From Paraspadella gotoi (taxonomy: Eukaryota > Animalia > Chaetognatha): DNA of 64,000 bases. The notes below the pieces were generated by a model. The model was not told where the DNA came from. It saw only the letters and a list, made by a program, of their open reading frames with translations, and ran no database searches. The stretch covers positions 3,858,940 through 3,922,939 of the forward strand of contig CM119263.1 of assembly GCA_051294375.1 (NCBI GenBank). The letters run 5' to 3'. The position numbers and the translations under genes were made by a program. Position 1 is the stretch's first letter, and each line of letters begins with the position of its first letter. This document shows, piece after piece, positions 35,909 to 55,717 of the stretch.

Positions 35909-38900
35909 TAAATTGATAACCCTCTCCTTAAAGACAACTCCTCCTCACCTCCTCCTCACCTTTCAAACGACTTGTCACTCCCTCACTCACCTCGGAGACA
36001 ACTTGACTTGTCCCGTCCTTCCTCTGCTGCCAACGAACTCGGCGTAAATCTCTCCCCTCACTTTCTCTCCTCGTTTGTAGGAGACGCCGACGTTGATTCG
36101 ATGGTTGTATCCTTGAAGGAGGAAGAGAAGGGAAGGTAGGTTAGGGAGGGAGAATAGGGAAGGGAAGATAGGGTCGAGAAGTAGGCCGGATAGAGAAGGG
36201 AAGGTAGGGTAGGGAGGTAGGATAAGGAAGGGAGGATAGGGTCGAGAAGAAGGGTGGATAGAGAAGGGAAGGTAGGGTAGGATTAGGGTTAGGTCATGAC
36301 ATAAGGTCATGTCATGACATAAGTCATGACATCAACATCTCTCGCTCCAATAGGCCATGACCTCAACATCTCTCGCTCCAATAGGTCATGACCTCAACAT
36401 CTCTCGCTCCAATAGGTCATGACCTCAACATCTCTCACTGCAATAGGTCATTACATCAACATCTCTCGCTCCAATAGGTCATGACCTCAACATCTCTCGC
36501 TCCAATAGGTCATGACCTCAACATCTCTCACTGCAATAGGGCGCGGCCTCGTCCGTCGTCAAATAGAGTTTGATTTTTGTTTCTCCTCGTTGAATTCGAT
36601 CTTTCATCTCTGGACTTAAATCTCGACTCTTCGGTCCCATGCGAGTGCACATTCCATTGAATTGGCAGGCGAGGCAATGACCGCTCTGCGGAAAAAAAAT
36701 AAATCGGGTCATCCAATGTGTTTCGACGCAGTGACTTTATTTTAGTTTTTCCTTAACCTGAAATTTTTGTAGCTGCATCAGATTTTACTTACCCTAAAGT
36801 TTTTGTAGCTGCTGCAAACGTAGGACATAAAGGGACAAGCGGAGTTGATGGATTCAGTGTAGAGACGCGTGACTCTCATGTGACTACAGGCGACCGCGTC
36901 CTCCATTCCTGAAATTGTTGTTGTTGTGGTTGTTGTTGTTGTTATTGTTGGTGTTGTTATGGTTCCAGAAGTCACATTACGTTTCTTTGCAATTGGAAAT
37001 GGTCTTAGTCTGGCGCATTTTAAATGACAGACTAGTTTTAATTTATTTAACATAAAATATATTTATTTATCCTGTTATTTATTTATTTATTTAACTATAA
37101 ATACAACTATATCTTTTAGAAACATCACCGCCGACGATTCCGCCATTGATGATTTTGCTCACTGCAGTCTTCTCACATCCGGGTTGTTGAAATCCGTTGT
37201 TGGGGTAGAAATCGATGTGACCAACTGGATCGGACATTCCGAAACTGAAACAAACAAAGATTGAGTCAACTTTTGTCCCTAATAGGGTTGGGTTGCTGGG
37301 AATCTGTGAGACTTATAAGATTTAATTCTGAGTCCGAGTCTGTGAAGCTGGTATGCTATGAAACAGAGAGGCTGTGAGAATTCTCACCCTTTGTCTCCTC
37401 TTATGATGTCATTACCCACGTTGTAGACGCTCTCGCTGTCAGTGTGAATCGCCTGACAAAGGAATGACAAAATGAGATTAGGTATCTTAAATCTTGAAAA
37501 ATATTCATCAATGATCTAAAGTTATAATTCAAAGCAATTTCAATAAACAAAAAAAATATCGAAAAACTTAGGGACAAATATTATACAATATGACAAAGTA
37601 ATATTTATTTCACAATAAATATTTTTTATTCCACTGATTAAAACGTATTTCAATGTTTATGAGCTTTCCCACCTGATAAAGAGAAATAGAATTGCTAGAC
37701 AAAAACTTCGTAACAGCAACAGCAACATCAAGATCTCTAACATTTCTGTCATTTTTACTTCCACAAATTCTGCGTCTGTCGGGTCGAGAATGACCGCGGG
37801 TCCGTAACCCTGAAAGTAAGGTTCAGCTGGGTCCAGGCCAGTGATCCAACCCAGACCCGGCGTCTTCTCGCCTGAGAGGAGAAAGAATTCAGTTACTATT
37901 TTTAGTACAATGTTAAATATATTCATTGTCGATTGTGAGAGCGTTCCTTCTCTTTGTTTTTCTTCGCAACTTCACGTCCATACCTGCGTAACCGGCGATG
38001 TGTGAACCGAGACTGTGACCCAAAATGTGAACTCGTTTTGGATCGAGTCCCGTCCAATCGATGAGACGTTGAATGAGCAAAGCGATCTCAGCGCCAACTA
38101 CGCGGGTGTTTGCGGAAGCCTGTGTAAATCCAATGAACAAATGAACAATCGTTAATAATGTAAATTATTACAACAAATATTTTTCTGTTTTTGTTGATGT
38201 TCTTCCGATGATAATCAAGCTAACGTACGAACCTTAATTTACTTTAAATCGAACTTAATTAAAAGCACGAAATGTCAACTCTAATTCATTCATCAACCAA
38301 GAAATTGAACGAGCTCTCAAGAAATTTAATTCGGTCTTTTAGTCCTTATGTCGTCATACATTTCATTATTTATTTACCATTTAACAATTATTTTCAAAAT
38401 TATTGAAACAATACAGTATTAATCCCGTTGAGAGAAAAAAAAGCTCCATTTGAATCTCTTTACTACTCGATAAATCAAAAATATAACGATAGAAAATTAT
38501 TATCGGATTTGTATTAAATGGTTTTTCGCTCGCGGATCCAGAAAACCTGATGATAAAGTGAATTAAAAAAAGTGATCCAATCGCTTTAAGCAGAATTACG
38601 CAAGGACTGAGTCGTAACGTGTGAAACGTGAGTTGTGAAACGTGAGGCTTTTATTCCGGTGAAAACGTGTCAAGGTGTAAATCGCGCGCATCGTGAAATA
38701 TTACAGGTTAATGGAAAAGTCTGTGGTCAAGTGTGAATGTAAAAAAGTGAAATTGTAAAATTAAAAATAAATATTAAAGACGAGTTCCGTTGTTGTCGTT
38801 GTTGTTGAAAAAAAACCTGAGTGTAGGGAAACTTGGATCCTCCGCCCCAATCGACTCTGATCACATTGCAGTCTTCATAAGTCAGAAACTCTTTGGCCAT

Positions 38901-40229
38901 GTCCTGTAGTTAAAAGGAAGAAAGTGAGAGAGGCTAGTTAAGATTAATTTTTAATTGGTAAACTAATAAGTAATGTTTATTGTTTAATTTGCATTCCTAA
39001 TAGATCGTACATCAGTTTTTACAAACTGAACACGAAAATTTCCTTATAATTTATATCGTGACTATTTTCTGAAAGCGGCCAATTTCTGTTCCTAATCGAA
39101 TAACTTAGTTTTAGCCTAAAAATCTTACTCTAAGCTTTAATCTTTAAAAAGAGGCATAAAAAGAAAATAGATCCTATTTTGACCCCGATTAATTTCTCTC
39201 TTTCATCCATTGACCAATTTCCCATTCACCCCCACCCCCTCGCTCCAGTTCGGCGTTCACCGTGAGCCATCCTCTCGTTCCGTAGTCAATGTATCCGTGA
39301 ACGATGAACTTCGTCTTTTTGCTTCCATCGAAATGAGACTTTTGGACGGAAAATTCGCTTTTGTAGTCGAGAATTTGTTCCTTGGTTGGATTTCGTCTCG
39401 TGTTGAGCCGAAATCTGGTCGAAGAGAAGCGGAACGTTTAAACATTGTTTAGTTATTTTAAAATGTATCATTTTCAGTGGTAAATAAGTTTTTGTTTTCG
39501 TCTTTTATCAATAAAACTTTCAGAAATTTTAAAATGTATGTCTGGACGTTCCATTTATTTTGACCCACAACTTTGAAATATTGAGGTGTTTTTATTGATG
39601 TAAAATTATGATTCAGATACATAAAAATATATGAATTTAGTTTCGTTGGAGAAACAGGCTTACTGTAGATTTAATCTCTAATACGATTCGCTTACAATTT
39701 CAATAGTACAATATTCAGACTCTATCATTAAACCATAAACTGTATGTACTTTTCTATGAAACAACTGAAATCCGATTAGCTATTTGTGTTTATGCTCCGC
39801 TATTTTTTGAGGAAGAATTTTAGTAAACTGGCTCTGTTTTTCAATCTTGATCATAACCTGATAAATGAGAAAAATCAAGTTTTATCTGCTCCTATGAAAA
39901 TTGTTTTTCAGTATTAAACTAAATTTATAATAATGAAATAAAGGGGAGAGGGATATTAGTGTAGTCTTTTGGAAATATAGGCACATCTATACAACACGAG
40001 GTTTGAAATATTTTATGCTAAGTATAATTAAACATGTGAGGAAGCGTTTACCACCGACTTTCTTACTTCTTAAAATCACTTTGATAGCTCATTCTCACTT
40101 TGTGCCGATTTTATCAGGATGCAGCGGAAGCAGCTGCACGGGACGGAGTGCAAAATCTCCACTGAGATCGAAACATCCCAAGTCCCCGTAACATTGCCTG
40201 GGGATACCGAAGAGGACAGCGTCTGAAGA

Positions 40230-40292
<63 letters not shown>

Positions 40293-40396
40293 GAGAAATG
40301 TATTTTATTTTTATGCATACCATGGATAATCCAGTTACTCTTACCTGCTAGGAGCAAAGAAAAGGCAAAAACGAACAAACAGAATGTGATTTTCAT
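34891..40396 (-). CDS. Secreted pancreatic-lipase-related protein (lipase domain plus PLAT-like C-terminus), 14 exons
   Basis: Exons 40396-40345, 40222-40099, 39414-39261, 38903-38817, 38119-37984, 37871-37759, 37452-37388, 37244-37129, 36908-36793, 36685-36532, 36111-35991, 35861-35763, 35222-35130, 35050-34891; all GT-AG with consistent phases. Signal peptide MKITFCLFVFAFSLLLA; motifs CYGDLGCF, FIVHGY, NVIRVDW, HILGHSLGSHIAG (nucleophile Ser), ITGLDPAEP (Asp), AIHTD, GHIDFYPNNG.QPGC, ACSH (His). Confidence 0.93.
35436..35611 (+). repeat. Dispersed repeat family A, copy in a lipase intron
   Basis: Colinear similarity to 14345-14553. Confidence 0.78.
36324..36540. repeat. Seven-copy 31-bp tandem repeat overlapping the donor of lipase exon 10
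   Basis: Unit TCATGACCTCAACATCTCTCGCTCCAATAGG; units 4 and 7 carry the variant CACTGC; unit 7 spans the exon end and GT donor (36532/36531). Confidence 0.93.
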
Positions 40397-42133
40397 TTCT
40401 GAAGCGAAATTTCCTGATTCTAAATTCTATCGTCGTTTTGGATGAAAATTCCGAAACATTTTTTTTTTAAATTTTTAATTAAATGATTTTAAGGAGCAAG
40501 CTTTTTCATTTCGACCCTTGTCACAAAAAGGCAATAAAAAAACCTCATTATTCGATGACGATATTGAATGAGAAAAGGACAGGTGTTTAGAAAATATCTT
40601 CTTTTTTTTTTTCAAAATAGATCAAGTACATCGTTCAAGCGCATAACCGCGACGGCGTTTCCGAAGGGAAATCAAGACAGATCTCTCTAATAGAGATTAT
40701 ACCGGTTCTTCTTGTTGTTAAAAAGTCAACTTGGTTTGCTTTTCTCTTTATTGATTTATATATTGATTTAAATATATAACGACTGGCTAAATCTGTCGAT
40801 CCGTCGGTCCCTCCCCAAAATCTGGTCGGTCATTCACTAAAATCATGTCAGAACGTTAAATTATGATAAGCAAAAAAACTGATTTCCGTCTGTCTGTCCG
40901 TCTCTTCCTCTGTCCATCCATCCAGAAACAGAAACGCTGGTGAATCGGGCGATTGATATAAAATTTTGTGTGTGAATGAATAAATATATGCTTGAGCTGG
41001 AAATCAAGTTTTGATGAAATCTTACAGGCAGAAATAAGTTTATATGAAAAAAACACTAACGGATTTAGCTTAACTACAAAAGAAAGCTAAAAACTAAAAA
41101 ATTAATTTAATAAAACAATACGTGATATATAGTGTTTCTATTTGTTGGTGATGTTGAGATTATTTTTACTTTTGAATTTTTGTCATTAAAAAATTTTTTT
41201 TTAAAAATAAAACAATTCCAGATCTGCTCAGGATTATTAGGCTAATTAGCGTAAATCAAACAGATCAGATTAATTATTTAAATAATTTTTTAATTGATTA
41301 AATTTTTAAAATTTATCATCTGATCAGCTGCTCACCGCTAAATTATCGTTCGCAGATTCGGCATTGTTTGCTCATATTTGTGTTTTTCCCTGATTGGTTT
41401 CTCCGCAGATTCTCCTCTTTTGTTTGTCAATAGCGACCGTTTCCATGACAATGGAGCGATCTGGAAATCGAAGATCGGAAAGACGTGTGGCGACATCTTT
41501 TTCGATGGAAAATGGATTTTTTGGGGTCGACGACGAATCTGAGTGCGAACATCTGCATTTTCGAGAATGGGGTCTCGTTTTAGTCGAGTTAAACACTAAA
41601 TAAAAACTAAATAAAAATAATTTAAAACAAATTAAATAAAAACGAGGTAGGATCATTTTGTCTTCTTAGAGAAACAATTATTTTTTTTTTTTTACTTTAA
41701 ATTTAGGTTTTGTTTTGTTTTCCATATAAATTTGTTGGAACGAATACAAAATTAAATTTAAAAGTTTCTAATCCGAATAAAAATTGTATTTTGTAGAAAC
41801 CAAATCTGAAAAAATGGAAGGAAGAAAAAAGTAGTAAGCGTCTTCGTCTTTCCGGCTGCCGAGGGAAAAAACGAGACGAGATCTAAATATAGATATTGAG
41901 ATCGCGATCAGCCAACCGAAAGCGGAGGCCAGCTGTTGTGTCGGTTGAGTTTATCCTCATGAAAAGAGTTGCATCTTTTAAAAAAGAAGTAACAGAAGAT
42001 TATGTATTTTCAGCTGAGCTTAAATTTGGTAAACTATTGTTAAGTCAACTCATCAGCGGCGTTGAAATTCGGTGATTCTCTTGCGGTCTCGCAATTAATT
42101 TCCGATGATGTAAACGGGGAGAAATGTTTGATG

Positions 42134-42362
42134 CCCGGGGTGTAAGGCATCTCCCGACAGCTGGCGATCAGGCTTTGGACCTGCAGTGACCACCCCATTT
42201 CACTGGCGTGTTTATGCCATCACACTTAACCAGCTTGAACGTGAGAGGATTAAGGCCGTAACTCACGGTTGGTGAACGAGTACTTTGCTGTCCCATCCAA
42301 TGGGACGAGCCGAGTTTCGTCTCGCTATACGAGAGGCGAATTTATGATTCGCCACTCGATTA
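42134..42362. other. Hairpin-dense GC-rich intergenic element (candidate structured RNA or SINE)
   Basis: At least seven perfect or near-perfect stems in ~230 nt; see findings. Confidence 0.5.
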
Positions 42363-42804
42363 CCGTTAATTTGTGAGTCATTAGTATAAGAAAGTATGTT
42401 GGTGAGTGAGTCAGTAAGTAAATGAGTCATAAGGCATGACACATAACCATTTGCCTATTATTGACAACGTTTTTCCACCGACTTACCTCAAGTGAGTCAA
42501 CGAATCCTTACCTCTTCCTCTAACTCATCTTTTTCTCCTGAAGCAACAACCGCCAAAGTTTCTTCACCCGTCAGACTTTGTTCCTCCTTTTTTCCTAAAA
42601 ATAAGTTTCCTCCTTTTCTGGTTTCCCATCGCCCGATTTTGGCTCTATTTTCCGAGAGCGCCCAATTTCTGTTCCTCAATCTTGAATTAAGTATTAACCT
42701 TAATCTAAACTCATAACCTAATCCTTTACACTAACCTTTAAATTAATCATTAAACTTAAAAATAAACTTAATTCATAATTTAAGATGAATCATCTTCTTT
42801 ACTA

Positions 42805-42814
42805 TCACCATCAC

Positions 42815-42866
<52 letters not shown>
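42805..42866. repeat. (CAT)n microsatellite
   Basis: Direct reading; it explains the poly-His ORF. Confidence 0.95.
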
Positions 42867-42867
<1 letters not shown>

Positions 42868-43078
42868 ACTTTTCTTAATTCCAAACTTGAGCTTCGAGAC
42901 TCCAGCGCCATCTATTTTTTTCCATGGATTCGATCACAAAGATGACTGTATCTCTCTCTCTCTCTCTCTCTCTGTCTCTGTCTCTCTCCGGATTCGATTC
43001 AAAAACCTGAGTCCCGTTTCCCTTTTATTCCCCTCCTCAATCTACGCTCGTCAATTGCGTCGATTTTTTTCTCCTTTG

Positions 43079-43117
<39 letters not shown>

Positions 43118-44844
43118 GTCGTCGTTTAATTCTTCATCGCCTTCGCTACGATTTTTCGACTCCTGATTGGTCGACGGGATCGAAACCCATCGCTAGATCT
43201 GACGAATCAGCGTCGAGAAATCGCGTGGCCAACTTTCTACTCGCGCGTCGGAATTTTCAAAACGGCGCGACTCTGATTTATTCCTTTCGATATTTTTATG
43301 CTTAGATGAATTTTAATAATTTTAATTTAATTCAATGGCTCGGGAGCTTGATACGATAATTTATTTTTCGTCTGAAACTGATAATTTTTAAACTTACTTT
43401 TTTTGCCCCGATGAGTGAGACATTGCAGCTGCGCGCCGGCAAAGAAGGTAAGTTCAATATTCAGTGTTTTAAATCTTCGTAAAACTAAGATAAAAACGGG
43501 TTCTCATTTGCTAGAATTTCTCATATCTGTTCGTTTTCATCAGGATTTCCTTTTAATTTCTAATCAAAATATACATTTTAAATTTATAGATTAATCTCTT
43601 ACCCTAATTTCTGACAACAATCTTTAACCCTCACTTCTCACCCTAAATGCTAAACTCTAATTCAAATCGCTAAACCTAATCACTAACTCGGTCCCTCATA
43701 TTAATCATTTTTAATCTATAACTAAATCTTTAACCCTAACCTAAAATATAATATTTAACTAAAATAATTAATAATAATTAATAATTAATAATTAATTTCT
43801 TCTATTACGATAAAATGGGGCAAAAAAAGGCCGAACAACGATTCACTTTTTTATGTTAGTTTTCAAAAAAAGATCACTCCCATACTATATACTACCATAC
43901 TACCATACTAAAAAGATTACTACCATGCTGAAGAATAATTAATTTTGTTCTCTAACTCTTCCAGAATTTACCATGTAAATTTTGACAAGTTGTCAATTTA
44001 ATTCTAAAGCTAAAGAATCTAACGTTGACAGTGTTATAGTACCAACGCAGAGAATCGATTATCAAGTAGCTTGTCTCTCTGGGCTTGAGTCTTGATTAAT
44101 CTGCGATGGTACGCATATTCGCTTTAGCAAACATCAAAATAATATAGGCGCGTTTTTTCTAAATTCAAAGTCTTTTGATTTTAAATCTCCGCGTATATCA
44201 GATCTATGCAAGAGGGATTCGATTCCTTTTCATAATGAAAAATTCAATCAAACTTAATTTAAAAAAATATTTTTTTACATCTGTCGCTTTCTCCTCTTCA
44301 ATAATTAAAAAGTCGAGAGAGAGAGAAAAATTGGAGAAAATGTAGACTAAGGTGAAAGAAAGGAAAAGAGAGAATAAAAGCAAAAAGCGAAAAAATGAAA
44401 AGAAACCAAAAAAAAAAAAAGAAAAAAAAAGAAAAGATGAATACAAAAAGAAAGTAAGTGCAAGAAAAAAAAGCAAAAGAAAAAAAAAGTAATTACATGT
44501 TTAACACGAAAAAGAAAATACGTAAAAGAAACTGAGATAAATAACCAAATTAAAAGATGCTCTTTTGTCATCTTTGTTTCTTCTAACTTCATCAATCACC
44601 GTCAGATGTAAACAGAAGCGCAAATGAATGCAATTGATTGCGTAAGTTTGACCACAGATGCTTTCCCTTCGAATTGAGTCTCTTGATTTCTTTCAATTAC
44701 ATTTTGGTCATCAATCTCTCTCTCTCTCTCTCTTCCCTCGACTCGCAACGAGCAATTCATTAACTTTATTCTCCATCTTTATGGTTTCCCATCAGGGACA
44801 AAAAATTGCGTCTCTCGATGAACTTTCTACGGAAGCCTTTTCCA

Positions 44845-53232
<8,388 letters not shown>

Positions 53233-53924
53233 AAATAAAGTTTATGTTGTCACGTTTTTAAGTCTCGTACATATATATTTTAATCAACCGGTTGAAAATA
53301 TATTCCATTGTTTACATTTACATATTCATTTGTTCTCTCAAATACGGTTTCCATGTATGTAGAAAATTAATAACTACCTCAATAGTCGGTTGTCCTAAAC
53401 TAGAGTAAATTGAAAAAGAATCCTCATTTATGATATATTCTAAAAGAAACTGTTTAGTAGTTTGTTCTTGTCTATTTACATATAAGAGACAAACGATTTT
53501 CTAGATTAAATATACGTAAATTAAAGCCGTCCTCGTTAATCATCAAGATTCAATAAATGCTTGAACAAGTGATTCCTGAGTTGAGTAGTGAGTAGCTTCG
53601 CACGAATTAAATTTTGCTGGGTGCGATGCCCTTTCATTGTAATGTCGTTACAATTTGTAGCCAAGCGGTGGAGGGGACACCCACTCAAGATCCAAAGTCC
53701 TTAATACAAAACAGGCGGAAAAGTAAACAGCGCTCTGCTTGCGTCTTTACGAGAGAACTCCTTGTTTATCCTTTAGATATTTAAAATATAGTACATAATT
53801 AGTTTGATAAAGTAATTCTACCTAAAAAAAACAGTACATCATAATTGGCTTTCCTTTCGTACTTATTCGTACTTATTCTTTTTTTCAGACATCCCTCTCT
53901 TGCTCTTGAACAACGAAGTGAGAC

Positions 53925-54518
53925 TGTAGATTCGATCCTGGAACTTACCACATTCACCGAGTGAAGCCTCGGCGATGTCGCCACTCAGACATATTGACAT
54001 TTTTGAAACGAAGAGATAACTTTATTGTCTATAATTCAATTTATTTACTATTTTGTCTTTTGGTTATTGCCTTGGTAAAACAAAGGAAGCAATTATGTAG
54101 TTTATAGAAATCGAGCTTGTTCTTATTTGACATGTTCCTAGTAATTTTGAAATCTATACTTTTAATCTTCTTCGGCTTCACACCAAACTCAAGTAACAAA
54201 TTTATTAATTTAACTGGTTCTGTTAATTGTTCATGCCATTGTTTACTTATTGTCAATTAATTAATTGATTGATTGATTAAATATTAATGTTATATTGATT
54301 GTGGAAATATCTATATGCTTTGATTATTTATTAAGGATTCATTTTAATGGAGAACGCAAAACAAGTTGGTTAGACGATTTTAGCCTGACGCCTGATGAAC
54401 TAAATTACGCCACGCGCGTCAACGTCAGGCGGTTACTGTCCGTTTCCGCCTATGGAGATATAAACTTTAATCGAAATTCAACCTTCGACCTTCCCGAGTC
54501 ACGCCAACGCCATCTACA
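53925..54518 (+). repeat. 5' LTR (594 bp)
   Basis: TG...CA with a 7-bp terminal inverted repeat; direct repeat of 59361-59929. Confidence 0.93.
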
Positions 54519-54571
54519 TTGGTGATCCGCGACGTCGGACGACCTCCAACCTTCTGATATAAACTTCATCG

Positions 54572-55702
54572 ATGACTGACTCTCGCGAGACTCGACAATC
54601 CGCTCGACAGCGTCAACAGGCGAGTCTCAACGTGCCTGCCATATTCGGCCGCGGTAGAAACTCCCGCGAAAACTCTCCTATTAATCTGGTTGGCTCTCTC
54701 GCAGCACCAGCTTTCGAATATCCGCCGGCGATAGAGCCAGAGGTTTTCGCCGACGCTGAGGACGACAACATGGCCGCTGCCTCCGCCTCCGCTCTTGGCG
54801 AAACAGAAGCCCTCCGCACGGCTCTCGCGACCGCTCTTGCCGCGCTGGAGAAGAAAAGGAAGCCAGAACTACCCGCCTTCGACCCGAAAAATATTGACGT
54901 ATGGCTCCGTCGGGTCGAAGCAGCCTACATTCGAGCGAATGTGCGAGACGCCAAAGAAAAATTCGCACACTTGGAATCCAAGATCGACGTCAATCTAAAT
55001 CCTCGCATCAATGCTTACCTGTATGGCGAACAATCAGATAGACGTTGGAACGAATTTGTTCAATACCTTCGGAAAGAGTATGGTTCTACTCCACGCCAAC
55101 AAGCTGCTTTCCTCCTCGATGGTTTTGGCCGTGATGGCCTCAGACCATCCCAACATCTCGCCCGCCTCGAAGAGAAGATTAAGGCGGTTACTATCGACGA
55201 CCTGAAGAGAGAAACAATCGTCAGAGGTTTGCCCCTGGAGATTCAACGTTCTCTCGAAGGAAAGATCGACTCCCTGACCGCCTCTCAGTTAGCCGATGAA
55301 GCGGATAAGTTCTTCGATCAAGAAGGACGACCCCGATTGGCGGCTCCCTCCTCAACGATCAACGCAGCGCTTCTCCAACAACTCGTCGACGACGACGAGA
55401 CAGACAGCGGCGGCGAGGCCGACATCAACGCGATAGGAGGCCAACGCCGCGACCGCAGCCGCCCGTCGACTGGAAACTGGAGAGCAGCAGCATCGAAGGC
55501 CCCCTCAAGCAGTTCAAGGCCACCAAGTGGTTCGTCGACCGGCTCACGACCACCAGGCCAAAAATTGAAACAGATCTGTCGCTACCATCTCAAATTTGGC
55601 GACTCCGCCTTCAAATGTGAGCGTGGCTGCGCCCGCAGGACCGATTTCATGGAGAAGCGAGCCTCCAAGTCGGGAAACGAGACAGCGGGGCCGCGCAGGT
55701 GA
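54572..55702 (+). CDS. gag: Gag (376 aa)
   Basis: LPAFDPKNIDVWLRRVEAAY, DGLRPSQHL, and C-terminal CRYHLKFGDSAFKCERGC (C-x2-H-x9-C-x3-C) at 55577-55630. Confidence 0.92.
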   Translation: MTDSRETRQSARQRQQASLNVPAIFGRGRNSRENSPINLVGSLAAPAFEYPPAIEPEVFADAEDDNMAAASASALGETEALRTALATALAALEKKRKPELPAFDPKNIDVWLRRVEAAYIRANVRDAKEKFAHLESKIDVNLNPRINAYLYGEQSDRRWNEFVQYLRKEYGSTPRQQAAFLLDGFGRDGLRPSQHLARLEEKIKAVTIDDLKRETIVRGLPLEIQRSLEGKIDSLTASQLADEADKFFDQEGRPRLAAPSSTINAALLQQLVDDDETDSGGEADINAIGGQRRDRSRPSTGNWRAAASKAPSSSSRPPSGSSTGSRPPGQKLKQICRYHLKFGDSAFKCERGCARRTDFMEKRASKSGNETAGPRR

Positions 55703-55717
55703 ACGCCGTGCCCCGCT
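55672..55717 (+). promoter_or_regulatory. -1 programmed ribosomal frameshift signal (G GGA AAC plus downstream stem-loop)
   Basis: X XXY YYZ heptamer in the gag frame at 55672-55678, 5-nt spacer, stem AGCGGGGC (55684-55691)/GCCCCGCT (55710-55717); pol is in the -1 frame. Confidence 0.8.

Noticed and set aside
36324-36540. CRISPR-like array of ~30-bp repeats
   Set aside because: Head-to-tail units with no unique spacers, in a eukaryotic intron, with no cas genes.
34891-40396. Non-canonical (GA/GC) splice donors
   Set aside because: All 13 lipase introns, and the PRDM13 and POU6 introns, resolve as GT-AG.
42290-42362. Hammerhead ribozyme
   Set aside because: GAAA follows a stem on the minus strand, but the CTGANGA core is absent on both strands.
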